DNA of 64,000 bases from Asterias rubens (lineage: Eukaryota). Both the position numbers and the translations under genes were made by a program. The stretch covers positions 6,572,001-6,636,000 of the forward strand of contig NC_047078.1 in the NCBI RefSeq assembly GCF_902459465.1. Direction: 5' to 3'. The notes under the pieces were generated by a model. The model searched no databases, had not been told where the DNA came from, and saw nothing but the letters and a program-made list of their open reading frames with translations. Below, in pieces: positions 36,487 through 50,900 of the stretch; position 1 is the first letter of the stretch; every line of letters begins with the position of its first letter.

Positions 36487-39400
36487 ATGTCGCAGCTTAT
36501 TTCTCCCTTAACTGCAGTTTTACTGGCCACTGCCTACTTCCTTATTGGTAAGAACTACTAACTTCATGATGTTAATATTTTATTTAAATTTTCATTCTTT
36601 TATCTGTCTGATTGCCATCTTTTGGGTAATATTGCTCCTTATTTTCGAAAAACACATCTGCCCTTTACGAAACCATTGATCGGCTTAGTATTTGGTTTAA
36701 GCTAGCTTGGCCCGCGGTTGTTTTGGCGATTGCGTGTGCTTTGCGCACGCACTCGGAGTCGGGGCTTCAGACGAGACAGCAAAGCCTGAAGCCAAATCCA
36801 GAGCCCTAGTTTAATTTATACATTATGCTAAACAGACCTTTATCGTGCTACATCCATCTTGGTCATGTGCCACTTATCGAATAACAATAATGAATGCCAA
36901 TAATCATTTTGCAAACAGGAACCAGACTCTTTCATTCTTCAAGCCTTGGTTTGATAACGTTGATATCAATGGGAGAAATTCAAAATGGCAACAGCATGAT
37001 AAAATGTCTATTGAACCGGTCGAACAACAAAAGAGACTTGGAATTAACTCATATACATTTCGTCACACTGAATTATCCTCTTGGCTTTGGCTTAGACTAT
37101 ATAAACGAACAAATTGAATTCAAAATGATATGATCTCACTCTCATCCTTTTTAGCCGACGCATGCGTTTGTTATGTCGGTGATGAAGCAAACTCTATCAA
37201 GGGTGAACCACCTCTGAAGTTACTGCCTGATCAAAACCCGTGTGAATGTACGGAGTTTCGTCCCGGTGGGGTTAACACAAAGCGACAGGCAAAGCCTCGT
37301 GAAGTAACGTTTGGTAATGACGGTCATCCAGAAGGCTGGACCGAGAAGGACTGCATCAAAGGTACGACCAAATGTTTATTCTCTTTTCAAAACGTTTGTT
37401 GGCAGTGTACATTGAGTAAAAAGTGTTGAAACCAAACATGGGCGTGACACGCGAGCTTGTGATTATAAAACGATTTCTTCATTCCTATTGGTCGAGAGCA
37501 ACGGCCGGGATAGTCTGGTTCCCAGACCCAAAAATCCGGGACAGTAGTTTTGCCACATCACGCGATACGCGCGACGCGCACAGCATTCCCTTATAAGGAG
37601 TTGTTTACCCGAGGGCTTTACAATTTCATAGCTGGAGGGGTGTTGTGTTGAAAGAAATCATTGAACCGTTATAATGTTTGCATTTATTTTACTTTTTGAC
37701 CAACAAGTGTTGATGTTTTTTTGACCGAAAAGGTGTTTATGAATGGGAATCAAAGTATGTTGAATGGGTTTTCAACTAGTGGTTTAAACCCGCCGAGGCC
37801 TGACTCTTGATAATTTACCTCGACATCGTCTCGGTAAAATTATCAAGAACCAGGCCTCGTTGGGTTAAAACCACTAGTTAAAAACTGATTCAACACACAT
37901 TGATTCCCATTTTCCACATTTTTTCAAGAACGTCAAGCCCATCCGCATTTAAAGAGCCCAATAATTTACGGGAATGTGAATCCCCTACAACACTTGACGG
38001 CGATCAATTCAAATTTGTTATTGATTTATAGTGAAACAGACACCCCACTTATCTATTTTCATCAAGTATAATGACCGAACCTTTTTTCTATTGTTTAATA
38101 TTTTGTATTTCTTTCCGTCCGCCTTTCGGGCCCGTTTACTTATTGATTCATGTTCTCTTACCCCTCAAAATATGCCCAATTGTTTTCTAATTCACTTGAA
38201 TGCTTACCGAACTTAAATCTTACACTTTAATAATGTTTTGTCTTTGAAATTGTTCAATATTATATATTTTTGTTTCTCCCTGACTAGAGACAACACCAAG
38301 TCACACCACGTCACCTTGCGGCCCCTGGTCTTTCACAACGAACGAAGAGCTGAACATTCCTATATATAGAGAATCATTTCAGTTGATCCCTGTTACACTT
38401 GAGTTCACACTGCATAGCTCAACTGATGATCTGGTTCGGATAATTCCTTACAGCAATTCCATCCGTATTTGTACTGTTGGTAAGTTAGCATTGTTTTGAT
38501 TCTTAAAACATAGAATGTAAATAGAATGGCAATGTGCTTAAAGGCAGTGGACACTATTGATAATAGCTCAAAATATTTTTTTCGCGTCAAAACCTACTTG
38601 GTTACGAGTAATGGGGAGAGGTTGATAGTATAAAACATTGTGAGAAACGGTTCCCTCTGCATTGATGTAGTTTTGTAGAAAGAAATAATTTTCCACGAAT
38701 TTGATTTCGAAACCTCAGATTTAGAATTTGAGGTCTCGAAATCAAGCATCTGAAAGCACACAACTTCGTGTTGTGACAAGGGTGTTCTTTCTTCTATTAT
38801 TATCTCGCAACTTCGACGACTAATTGAGCTCAAATTTTCACAGGTTCATTATTTTATGCATATGTTGAGATACACCAAGCGAGAAGATTGGGCTTTGACA
38901 ACTACCAATAGTGTCCACCGCCTTTAAGCGAAAATATATTATTAAAATATAACTGTTTCCAAACTACAATTTGTTGTTTCAATTATAGCAATTTATTGTT
39001 TAGCCGTAAAGTTTGGTAAAGTATTTGTAAAAGAAACACGTTCTGAGAGAACGGTTATAAAACACATGACATTTGGACAATGTAGACGTGGTATTGAGGT
39101 TTTTTTTTGCATGTACTGCCAAGTGTGTGGTGTACCAATCAATTCAACCATAACTGAAAGTTACATGGGCCCAAATCGTCGAGTTGCTTATCGGCAGCAA
39201 ATAATTGCTTACATTGTCCTGCTGAATAGGAAATGAGCAGGGTATATGTCAAAAATATTACATGTCACCTCATGAACAGTATCCTAATTGTTGTTGCAAC
39301 ATTTTTATAATTTGTTTTTCTTTTCTTTTTTCTTTTGAGTGGAGCTCTAAGACTCCGTTTATTCGTCACCAGTAAAAACAAAGTACAAACAAATTCAATG

Positions 39401-39942
39401 GAACATTAACACATTCTGTTAGAACAATACATTAAGGATAAAAGAGGCTAGTTAAAAGACAATGAACAAAGGTGATATTACATACCAAACAACAAGAACA
39501 TCAAAACATGATAAAATGCAAGAAAAAACGTTAAACTTAAAACGAACGTAAAGGAAAGTAACTTGGAAGATGAAATTATTTTTACTTAGCTACCTTTGCA
39601 GCTCTATGACAATGGGCCTCGAATGAGGTCCTGCAACGCAAGTACTATCCAACGAGAACCTGATTCTATCATTCATTGTTTATTTTAGATCTGGACGCCG
39701 GATCTCACCAAATGGGCATAAGGGGAAGCAACGCTACCATACAGAACTTTCAAGATACCTTTGATGGCTCCACACACTACTTAGTTACAATCAATCAAGA
39801 CAAAATGGAATTCGGTAGACTGGGAGAAACCAAGTCCCTTGAGTGTCAAACAAATAAGACCATTGACGAAATTACCATTAGGTCCGAATCGGATATTATG
39901 ACTGTAGCTTTCTATGGGACCTGCCCTGACACTGGGTTTTAG
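36487..39942 (+). CDS. Secreted protein, array gene 2, 237 aa
   Basis: Exons 36487-36547 (MSQLISPLTAVLLATAYFLI), 37155-37361, 38288-38479, 39689-39942; GT-AG phase 1, ORF intact. Confidence 0.85.
37435..37910. mobile_element. Dispersed CpG-rich repeat ending in a ~170-bp palindrome (37742-37910); relative at about 23060-23400
   Basis: Shared GGCGTGACACGCGA...CATTCCTATTGGTCGAGAGCAAC...CACATCACGCGATACGCGCG; palindrome ATGGGAATCAA...TTGATTCCCAT. Confidence 0.7.
38538..38927. mobile_element. Major TTAA-AG MITE copy
   Basis: Same TIRs; inserted about 60 nt after exon 3 of array gene 2. Confidence 0.85.
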
Positions 39943-42900
39943 AACTTATAGTGCCCCAGCATTCTAGTTGATCACATTTTTTTGGGCATCCCAGTTTACT
40001 TTGGATTTTGCAAATGTTTTGCGGAAATTTAATAATTTGGATGCTATCGATTGCATTACAATCTGATTTAAAAATAATACCTTGTCAACAAACACCGTTG
40101 CAATGTGACGTCATCACGTACCGGTTCACTGCAAAAACTCCAGTGTTAAATTGATTCCTTTCGTAGCTGGAAATACGCCAACAAAGTTTACCAAATACTT
40201 GGGATAACTGATACCGTGTGGATATGGTCACATGATGATACCAATAAAATCAATTTAACCCAATAATTTGTGCAGTGTTTTATTTAATTAAATTTATTTA
40301 TTTACTGAATTAAAAAAGTAGTTTTTAATTATAATTATTTTTACGATAGTTCTTACAATTATTACGAATTTAAGCTTGGCATTCCCAAGATGGACTTTGC
40401 AGTCTTTTCACAGCAATTGAAGATGAGTGTGTCTCGTCCTGCCAAGGTCAGGTACAATCCTTCAAGTAGTTTCATTTCCCGTAGCTATCGATCGGCAACT
40501 AGTTTTATTTGGCAATCAGCACAAATGTTACACAACTCCACAGTTTTGCCTGTTTCTCCATATATTTTTTTTACTACTTTGCCTTCATAATTGCAGCTAT
40601 AAAAAAGCTTAATAAGAATAGCTAAGCTTTCTTAAAATGGACTTCAAACAGTTAAATGTAGGCCTACAGCATCATTTTGCGAAGGAAGTTTTTATTAATC
40701 TCGGAGGATTCCTCGAACCTCATCATGTTAAATCTCATCTAATATTTTTGTGATAATATTATAAATCGTGAGATGTAACTTTACTTTGTAATGATGTTAT
40801 ACAATGCTGTCACGAGCGGAGGCACAGACGTCATATGAACCTTTGCATCATATGGGTCAGAACCCCCCCCCCCCCCCCCGCTGAGAACCCTCTCCCTGCC
40901 CTCTAAATGAGACTGAAATAGTGCACAATTTAATGGTTCTTACATATCAACCCCTCTATATTATGTCTTTGTCCCACTTGCCCACTCCACATTGGAAAGT
41001 ATAAAAGCCACTAGTTATAATAACTTGACTGTTTTTGCTTCAGGTTAGTTGTATACAGGTATATATTCTTTTTGGAGCGTTTCAGATAGGTGTTGCTGAA
41101 TTTCACGTTGCATCTAAATGTGGCTGATGGTTTTGTTTTAACTTACTGTTCATAAAACAAGTTTTATAGACACGGCAATTAAGTTGTTGTGAGCCCGGTG
41201 AGGATTGTAATTTAATTGTTGCATGTAAATGCTTGTACAAAATTGTAAAATGATATTGTAAGTATAATGGTTAGGATCCTTCAAGCAATATTAAAACTAA
41301 TGTCTCAACTTAACTGCATTGGGTTTCTGATAGATGTTTGTTTTATTCGTGTAGCACTTGACTCACTGCTCGTATGATTTCAAAACAGAGGGATACTAAT
41401 TTTGACCTTAGTTGGTCTTCACTCGAATCAACGATAAACACGATCATTCTGACGTTGAAAGGTTGCAGTTATAAAAACTGTTTTAAATAAGGTTTTTTTT
41501 TTACACTTCAATTTAATGGGAAAAATCGATGCCGGTCGTAGACCACCTTCGTTACGCAAAGGGTTTTAATAATTAATATCTTTTCAATAGGATTTTAAAA
41601 CGGAAGGAAACTTATTATTTTTGTCCTTGGTTGGTCTTTGCACGAACCAAGTATTACCGATAAACACGAGCCTTCTGACGTTGATGGCTGTTGAACATCA
41701 CAACTTGGTAAACATCTCCACTCACGAGACTTGTTGTTTTGATTTGCTCTTCGCAAACTGATTCACGACTGACGGTTAAGGTATCGCTTCAATGTCGCAG
41801 CTTATTTCTCCCTTAACTGCAGTTTTACTGGCCACTGCATACTTCATTATTGGTAAGAACTACTTTTCATTCTGTTAATAGTAATACTGTTTTATTTTCT
41901 TTATTGTAGCTGCATGATTGCCATCTTTGGTGTAATTGTCTCCTTATTTATGAAAAACGTAAAAGCCCTTCACGAAACCACGGCTTCGGCTCGGGATTCG
42001 GTTCTATAGCTAGTTTGGCCCGGGGTTTGCAATGCGCGTGCTTTGCGCAAGCTCTCAGTCAGGGCTTCAGACGAGATAACGGAGCCTGAAGCCGAGTCCA
42101 GAGCCGAATTTTCGTATAGGGCCCTATGTTCAATTCATACATTATGCTGAACTAAAAAAAAACTGGACATTAACTGTTATTACCGGGATATTCAAACAAA
42201 TATTGTCAAACGTACGTGAGGTGAACACATACAGTTTGTCAAACTGAAATATCTTTTTGACCTTTACTGAGGATTCGTTCAAATTGATTTTCATCTCCTT
42301 TTCGTTATGATTTTTAGCCGACGCATGCGTATGTTATGTCGGTGATGAAGCAAACTCTATCAAGGGTGAACCACCTCTGAAGTTACTGCCTGATCAAAAC
42401 CCGTGTGAATGCACGGAGTTTCGTCCCGGTGGGGTTAACACAAAGCGACAGGCAAAGCCTCGTGAAGTAACGTTTGGTAATGACGGTCATCCAGAAGGCT
42501 GGACTGACAAGGACTGCATCAAAGGTATGACCCTCAAGTTTGCTTTTCTCTTTTCATGATTGATAGACGATTTATTCAACTTTTGTTATTAAAGGAACAT
42601 TACAGGTTGTGTTTTTGCTAACAAAAAGTTTGTTTGCAGTGTGCATTGACTACACATTGAGAAACAGCACAAAATGCTTAGTTTTGTTTTTATCAAGAAC
42701 GTCAAATCCATCCGCATTTAGAAAGACCAAACCGGGTACCAACCATATCTCTGGTCAGTAACTCAATTCACGGCGATCAATTCAAATTTGTTATTGATTT
42801 ATAATCAAACAGACACCACACTTATTTTTTTTCATTAATTGTAGGGATGACCGATTTTTTTTTCTTGTATAATATTTTGTTTTTCTTTCCTACGCCTTTC

Positions 42901-43706
42901 GGCCCTTTTTATTTATTGATTCATTTGATTTTCTCTCACCCCTTAAATATGCCCGATATTGTGTTCTCATATCAATTGAACACTTATCGATCTTAAATCT
43001 TACAAATATTGTTTTGTAATTGATTTTTTTTTAAATATTAGAATACTATTTTTGTTTCTCCCTTACTAGAGACAAAGCCCAGTGATACAATGTCTCCTTG
43101 CGGCTCCTGGTCTTTCACAACGGACGCATAACTGAACATTCCTCCCTTTGGAGAACCATTTCAGTCATACCCTGTTAGACTTGAGTTCACACTGCAAAGC
43201 TCAACAAGTAATCTGGTGCGGATGACCTCTTACAATAATTCCATCGGTATTTGCACTGTTGGTAAGTTAGCAATGTTTTGATTCTTAAAACATTGGGTGT
43301 AATTCGTGTTTTTTTTATGGGAATATCTAAAAATAGAAAACATGGAAGATAACTAGAGATTTCAGAGTTTAATAAACAAAAACACAAAAAAAACAAGCTA
43401 AGATGCTTCAGCCAAAAAATATATTATCAAAATATAACTGCTTCCAAATTACATTTTTTCTAATTATAGCAAACACTTATGCACCGTTTAAATTACAGTT
43501 TTTCTAATTATATCAAACACTTAAGCAATTTACTGTTTATCCGTAAAGTGTGTTCAAGTCTTTAAACAAACACGTTCTGAGGGAACGATTACCAAACATA
43601 ATATGACATTTGGACATTTAATTTTGTAGATGTTTTATTCAACTGTGTCACTCTTTAACCCATCTCCACTCCATTGGGATAAAGCATATATGCATGGATA
43701 AGCATT

Positions 43707-44097
43707 GAAGTGTCGTGGCCGAGCGGTTAAGGGCAAACTCTGGTGTTTCTGATCAGCAGAGTGTGGGTTAAAATCCCCAGCCGTGACACTTGTGTCCTTA
43801 AGCAGACACTTAAACCATTGCTTCGTCCTTCGGATGGGACGTAAAGCCGTTGGTCCCATGTGTTGTGTATCGCATGTAAAAGAACCCAGTGCACTTTTCG
43901 AAAAGAGAAGGAGTTCGCCCCGGTGTTCCTGGCTGTGGCTGCTGTATGCGTCGTAGCACCTTGTAAACCCTTACAAGGTTCTACATATTTGGGTCTCAGA
44001 ATTCTCACTTCAATAACCTATCTTTCTGAAAGTTTGTATATACTCAGCGCCTTGAGTACTTTGTTTGGTAGATACGTGCGTTATATAAGACTTTGAT
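43707..44097 (+). mobile_element. tRNA-derived SINE, near full length
   Basis: Box A GTGGCCGAGCGGTTAAG, degenerate box B GGTTAAAATCCC, GTGTCCTTAAGCAGACACTT core. The same family occurs at about 5045-5205, 5380-5745 (minus, split by a MITE), 7775-7990, and 62364-62465 plus 63497-63725. Confidence 0.75.
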
Positions 44098-44206
44098 TTA
44101 GTTTGGGACACTACGTCTTTGGCAGCACAGGCTGTTTGAACAATTAAAATTGAAATTGTTCAAACAGCCTGTGCTGCCAAAGATGTAGTGTCCCAAACTA
44201 AATCAA
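44093..44206. repeat. 114-bp near-perfect inverted repeat (53-bp arms, 8-nt loop)
   Basis: The arms are exact reverse complements except for one G/A position. Confidence 0.92.
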
Positions 44207-45580
44207 CCAAAAGAGTCATCAACGTCTCGTTCTAAGTTACAAGTGTGTCGTCACATGTGCCCAAACTCGTCGAGTTGGTTATCGGCAGCAAATAATTGCT
44301 TAACATGTTCCTGCTAAGCGGAAATGAGCAGGAGACCTGTCACAAATTGTACAAATAACCTCATTACTGGAACTCACGTTCCAAGTACTTTCCAACCAGA
44401 CCCTGAAGCTGTCTATTGTGTTTATTTTAGATCTGGACGCCGGTTTAAATGAGATGCGCATCGTTGGAGATGACGCTACCACAAGAAACTTTCAAGATGC
44501 TTTTGATGGTTCCACACACTACTGGGTTACAATCAATCAATACAAACTGGATTTCGGTAGAATTGGAAAAACCAAATCCCATGAGTGTCAAACTCAAATA
44601 ATTGTTGACAACATTGCCATTTGGTCCGAGTCAACTTTGACTGTGGCATTCTATGTGACCTGCCCTGACGCTGAGATTGTAATAGTTGCTGACGATTAAT
44701 TCCTTTTCACCCCAGTCCACTCTGACTTTGCGAATGTTTTCTGTTGCTTGCCATAGAAAGCTTCCCTTAAGATGACTTGCTATAGGGTGCAGTAGGGTTT
44801 GGAAAATGAGTAAAACAGTTTCACGAAAATAATTGTCGTCTCACTGAGACGCCATGTTAAGCATGTATAACTGATTTAATAACGGGACTCTACTGAAAAC
44901 ATTGTTCTGTCATTTTCACTTTCGTCTCATAATCTTGACTACCAACGAAGCTTAAAATTCTACAGGTAAAGTTGATTACATTACATCTTCGTTCACAGTG
45001 ATTGTTTAGGGATTCATTTTATGGGCACAAATTTGATCTAAGAAAGATACCCCCCAACTTGATAGTTAGTATTTGCTGTTTAGGTGCTATCTTAACGCTC
45101 TATATGCTGTACATTTTGACTCTCTCTTCGATATCTATATGCGACCAGACACATGGTGTCAATATTAACACCCTAGATTTGTCACTGTAGCAACAACGAG
45201 CAGCAGAAATAAACGGTACCAGCGAAAAAGCTCATACCAAGCGTTCGTGACATGGTGCCCTGTATTTTTTTTCTGATAAGCACAGTGTTCTGCTTAATAA
45301 TTTGATTAAACTAGAACTATAGGTAAAGCTTCGTATGGATGTGGCCTCGCGGTGTCTTTTGATGAAGTCTAATTGAGCGACAGGTTTATTGCCTGTTGTT
45401 TACACCAGCAACCGTCCATATTCGAGTTTTTAATACACGAACAATTTAATTTATATTTGTGGGAAAAATGGGACCAATATCGAGCTTTGTTATGCAGTAT
45501 ATGCATCATCAACGACTTCTGCGGAAACCAGCGACAAAGCTCATATCAACCGTTTGTGACCTGGTACCCTGTAATGTTTC

Positions 45581-45962
45581 TTAAAGGCAGTGGACACTAT
45601 TGGTAATCACTCAAAATGACGATTTGCATAAAACCTTACTTGGTAACGAGTAATGGGGAGAGGTTGATGGTATAAAACATTGTGAGAAACGGCTCCCTCT
45701 GAAGTGACGTAGTTTTCGATTAAGACGTATTTTTCCACGAATTTGATTTCGAGACCTCAGATTTAGAACTTGAGGTCTCGAAATCAAGCATCAGAAAGCA
45801 CACAACTTTGAGTGACAAGGGTGTTTGTCTTTCATTATTATCTCGCAATTTCGATGACCGATTTAGCTCAAATTTTCACAGGTTTGTGATGATGTTATGT
45901 TGAGATACAGCAAGTGAGAAGACTGGTCTTTGACAATTACCAATAGTGTCCAGTGTCTTAAA
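45581..45962. mobile_element. Major TTAA-AG MITE copy
   Basis: Same TIRs and body. Confidence 0.85.
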
Positions 45963-47964
45963 ACACAATTTCTGCTTTCGACTTTGTTTTTAGGCTATTT
46001 GAGGTAAAAACGCGCTTTTTAAGTTTTATGGTTGGAATCAAAACAAGGTTGAGTTTAGGTTTCGGTACGTGCAAGACAATGAAGTGCTTGTCAAAAATGA
46101 AGGGTGTACTATCGCGAAGTCAGACCTACTCTAAAACTTGGACGCGCTTAATCGAGGAAAAAAAACAATACGGAATAGCCTTTGTTTGTTGACAAACACT
46201 TTATGTCTAGTTATTATTGTTACTATTGTTATGTTAACTGGTACAGTAGTTTTGTACGATGTTGCAAGTCCTACAATACATCTGTAAGTGGGTGCTTTTT
46301 TAATTGCTGGGCTGGCGTGTTTAGTTTGGGTGGAGACATTTCGAGTAGACATTAGTTACGGCTTGATGTGCTAATTTTGATGTTTTAACACTATGTTTCC
46401 CATTCACACGAAGAAATTGTAAATGATCATCTTGCGAGATTATTTTTATATAAAAAGTACATCACATAAAGAAGGCGATGAAATGAGGCTTATTCAGGCT
46501 CGTTACCATGGAACTAGTATTATTAGTATTGATGATATTATTTGTTTTGGGGAGGTGGGGTGTATGACAAAAAATATGAGAGGGGACAAGTTGGGAGGAC
46601 TTGCCCTCTCAAGAGGTTTTGCTGAATTACAACCATTTGTTGCACTATTTTTTCGTGATTATTTTTGTAATTATAGTATTTTCTGAAAAACAACTCATTA
46701 CAGCGTTGCATAAATTATAGAGCATGCACAGTTTAATGCTCAGAGGGTGCATTCCACCAGTGGGTCCTCTTTTAACATCATTGTGTTTGTCATAATTTAA
46801 CAAGATTAAAGAGATACAGGAACACAATTATTTGCTCAGGTTTTTGTTTATTATTCATTGCACAGATACGATGCACATACAATATTTTGGAGGGACGTTT
46901 TCTTCATCTGACTTAAACAGAACGCTATATATTTGTTTTGGTTTTGGTTTTTATTGACGATGATGATTTTTATACTTTTTATGCAAGTTCGCTCATCAAA
47001 ACAAGCCACTCTACGTAAAGGGCTACAAGGAAGAAAACATAGAAATGCAGAAACTCAGTGGAGCTGAAGGTAGGAATTGATATTCCTTGCAAAAGATGAC
47101 AGACCATAGGATGAACGATAACATGCACCAGTCAAGTTTGTCTGTTGACATTTCCACGGAGCTGATGAGGGTGATGACTAACAACGGGATTTAGGTCATG
47201 CAAAGGACTTGTTGATATATGAGGCTATAAAATCACAACTTACTGGTATCAAATGAGATTCTACAAGCATCGAAAACCAGTCGACCACCAAGTTAAAAAA
47301 GAACCAGTACAGTTCCTACCAACAGTGTGTAAGTTCACTTAAACGAAAAATGGAAACAACTTAACTCTTCCCAAATATTGGTTTCTCAATTAACCCTTTG
47401 TTCCAGGCTGGTACTTCCATCAGTCTATAGCTGAACGACAGCCTGATGTTATAGTTATGGCACAGCCAATCAGCTTTACGAGTTGTTCCCCTTTGAGTGT
47501 TAGTTCCTCTACAATTCTAGTTTAATTACGTGTGTATTCAGCAATGAATACTCAATCAGAGAAACGTTTTGATATTAGGACTTGGTAGCAAGCGTGCTTG
47601 GTCCTGGCATTGACTTCAGTTTGTCTTATTAAACCTCAATTGTTATGATTTTGCTGTGGCAATGCCAATTACGGAGTATTCACACTTGGGCGCACGCCTT
47701 CTCGCTGAACGTATACGATCGTCGTTTTAGTTTTGATGCAATCATTTCAGCGTGTAAGAGCAGTAAATACTTCAACCCAACACAGCGGATGCGCAACTAA
47801 ATTTCTGTTGTTTTAGCAGATAATGTGAAACTTAGTGAACTGGCAACTGTTAAATTGTTAACTTTTTCACTTCGAGCTCTGCTTTCAGAATCAACAACCT
47901 TAGTCAACCCGGCGAACGCTGTAGAAAACAGACACCTAGTATAGTAGGTTCGCCTTTTATCAGC

Positions 47965-50900
47965 ATGATGTTCAATGTGATATGTCTCGCGTTTGCAATG
48001 CTACTTGTTGCGTCAATCGTAATGAAAGGTAAGGCATGTTCTAACACACAAGGGAAAGTAATTTTTTAAAAGGGGATACCAAATTTGACTACATGTACAT
48101 TGATCTGAACGAAATTATGTACCATGATCATTCGCCACTCGCTATGGTCTCCAGTTACCTTTGTTCTTGTAATAATATAACATGATTATAATACATTAAA
48201 ACTATTTTTCTTTCTTTTTTCTTGTCGATATTTTGACGTGTTGTGATATTTTTTAAATATTTGGTAACGCAATTTTTAAAATAGTTAAAGGTACATCAAT
48301 CTCTTGAATGATAGCACGTACTTAGTTCTAGTAAAATATTTAAATTGAGCTAACACTGTGGTACCATTTAGTCATTTTCACAGTGTAATGTCAGATATTG
48401 TTCATATTCAAATGTAAAAAGACGATACGTAATCGGGTTTATTTGTTAACAATTGTTGTACCATGTTTTTACATACTTACCAATTTACGGGGATTTACGT
48501 TTTTCCCTTTTTTGTTTCTTTATTTTTGTGTATGTTTTATAGCCTAAATAGACGGTGTTCACTGTCTGCCTTAAGTTTGGTAAATTTGATCACGCACTTC
48601 ATTCAAATATAAAACATTTCACTAAGTAAATGTTCCTAAAAAAAAAATTGTTCATCATTTTTTATTTCAATTTGAAATGACGATTAGTTTCTCTTGAAAT
48701 TGCTGATTGTATACAATGTACATCACTGTGTTCGTTTAAAAAAGGTATATTGACTGATGATATATAGGTTCAACGCAATTTAAACATAATTAAATATATA
48801 AATGCATCAATATATAGAACAATAATAATGTATTTGAGACGACGGATAATGTAATTGAGATGACGGGGAAATTACTGTTTCCGTTTAACCTCACAGCCGG
48901 CGCCTTCGTATGTTATGTCGGTGATGAAGCAAACTCTATCAAGGGTGAACCATCTCTGAAGTTACTGCCTGATCAAAACCCGTGTGAATGTACGGAGTTT
49001 CGTCCCGGTGGGGTTAACACAAAGCGACAGGCAAAGCCTCGTGAAGTAACGTTTGGTAATGACGGTCATCCAGAAGGCTGGACTGACAAGGACTGTATCC
49101 AAGGTATCGAACTCATCAAATCATATAATTATTTTAATTTTGTTTTGTTCATTTTGTATACATTTTTATTTCTGATGCTTCATTTTGCAGCAATTTCCAA
49201 GTATGTAGTCTTTGGTAATCAAAACGCAACCTGAAAAAAGTAATTTCGGATTTTTCCCTACGCCCATGTGTGTTATAGCACTGTATATCACTCACCACTT
49301 TCCCGAGGTCTGTGGAAAAAAAATCACAGGGCATATTACTCGGGTGGGTCAAGTTAAACCCACGACCTTTGGTGTTATAAAGCAGTGTCTTACCAACTCG
49401 AGTAATATGCCTGTGATTTTATTCACATAACTCGGGAAAGTACTGAGTGCTATTAAACACACTAGAGTTAAACTAAACTTGTATTATTCTCTCGCAAAAT
49501 TTTGGTGTTGACTTGGCTCGAAGCTAAACCGAAGTGAAGTTCCCGCACAAATGCAGCATGGCGACGGTGTTGTTTTACGTAACTGCATTTAATTTGTTGA
49601 ATAAGGGAACCCTGCCCCTTGCAAAAGGACACCCGGGGGAAACCCTGGAAAAATGTGCGAAGTCATAAAAGGACCAACTGGATTGGGTTTAGAAAGCCCA
49701 TCCAACATGACAGAACTAGCCAAGGTGTGTTTTGTGACCAATGAATAATGTATGATAAAATGAACTATTTTTCCGCGATGCAAATTTAGCAACTGATTAT
49801 GTTGTTTTCCCTCATTAGAGATGCAGACAAGTGGTAACATAACGTCACCGTGTGCCACGTATTCCTTGCAAAGTTATAAAGAACTGAGCATTTCACCATT
49901 AGTGGTGTCATCTCAGCCGTACCCAGTTACGCTTGAGTTTACGCTACAAAGCTTGAACAACAATGACGTGGTGGAGATAGACTCCTTCAGCATGGATAAT
50001 TATCTTCTCTGCCGTTTTGGTAAGTCAGGATTGCGTTGATCGTGTGAATTCCAGGAACTTGAGGCCTTTTCACACTAGCTCAATTTCGAACCGCGTTGAA
50101 ACCTAACCCGTGTCCTCTCCGGTTCAACCTCACTTCTTTTCAACACGGATCAGAGTAAAGCAACATTCTTACTTGGGCCAATTTTATAGAGCTGCTTAAG
50201 CGAAAAAGTTGCTTAAGCACGAAAATAGCTCGCTTATTTTACACGTTACTGGCCAAAATTTCATGCCATATACATTGCTTTTGACTAGTATTTAGCTGTT
50301 GTTTACTTAGCATAACAATTGAGTAGAGTCTTGGCCGGTAATCTGATTTTACTAAGAAATGAATTTTTTGCTTAAGCAAAATTTTGTGCTTCAGCAGCTC
50401 TATGAAATTGGGCCTTGGTCTTTACGTGAACCGGCTAATGCGTGAACCGTATATAGATTCACACCGGAAAAAAATGCAATTTCGATCCCGATTGAAATTT
50501 TCAACCCTGGTCCCTGACAGGGTTGATTTCAACCACGCTAGAGCATGCTACCCGGATCGGAAGCGGATTGAAAATTTTACAGTGTGAAACGGGTTGAACA
50601 AAATCTCCGGTTTGGAACCGGTTCCGACCCCGATATTTTGGACAGTGTGAACAAGCCGTTGTTGAGTTCAAAATTCAAACACTTATTAAAAATACGACCA
50701 AACTGCCACACCTTTGGTCACTGCTGTTGTCAATAAAAGAAAATTGTTTGTTTTTAATTCGAATAGCTTTGGTAGCCAAATTTAAATTACTTAATTGTAC
50801 TTCTTTTTAGTAAAGCGCTTCAAACGCAATCGTTATCACTTTGCAAATAAACACAAATTAAAGGCTCTAAACTATAAAAAAAAACTTGGTAATGTACCTC

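Larger units (their letters stand above)
41792..44699 (+). pseudogene. Array gene 3 with a premature stop in exon 3 (probable pseudogene or truncated allele)
   Basis: Exons 41792-41852, 42318-42524, 43070-43261, 44431-44699 with intact splice sites, but an in-frame TAA at 43129-43131 (ACG GAC GCA TAA CTG AAC ATT). Confidence 0.8.

Noticed and set aside
49693-49724. Possible linker micro-exon in array gene 4
   Set aside because: The candidate AG...GT boundaries give a phase that does not fit the flanking phase-1 exons.
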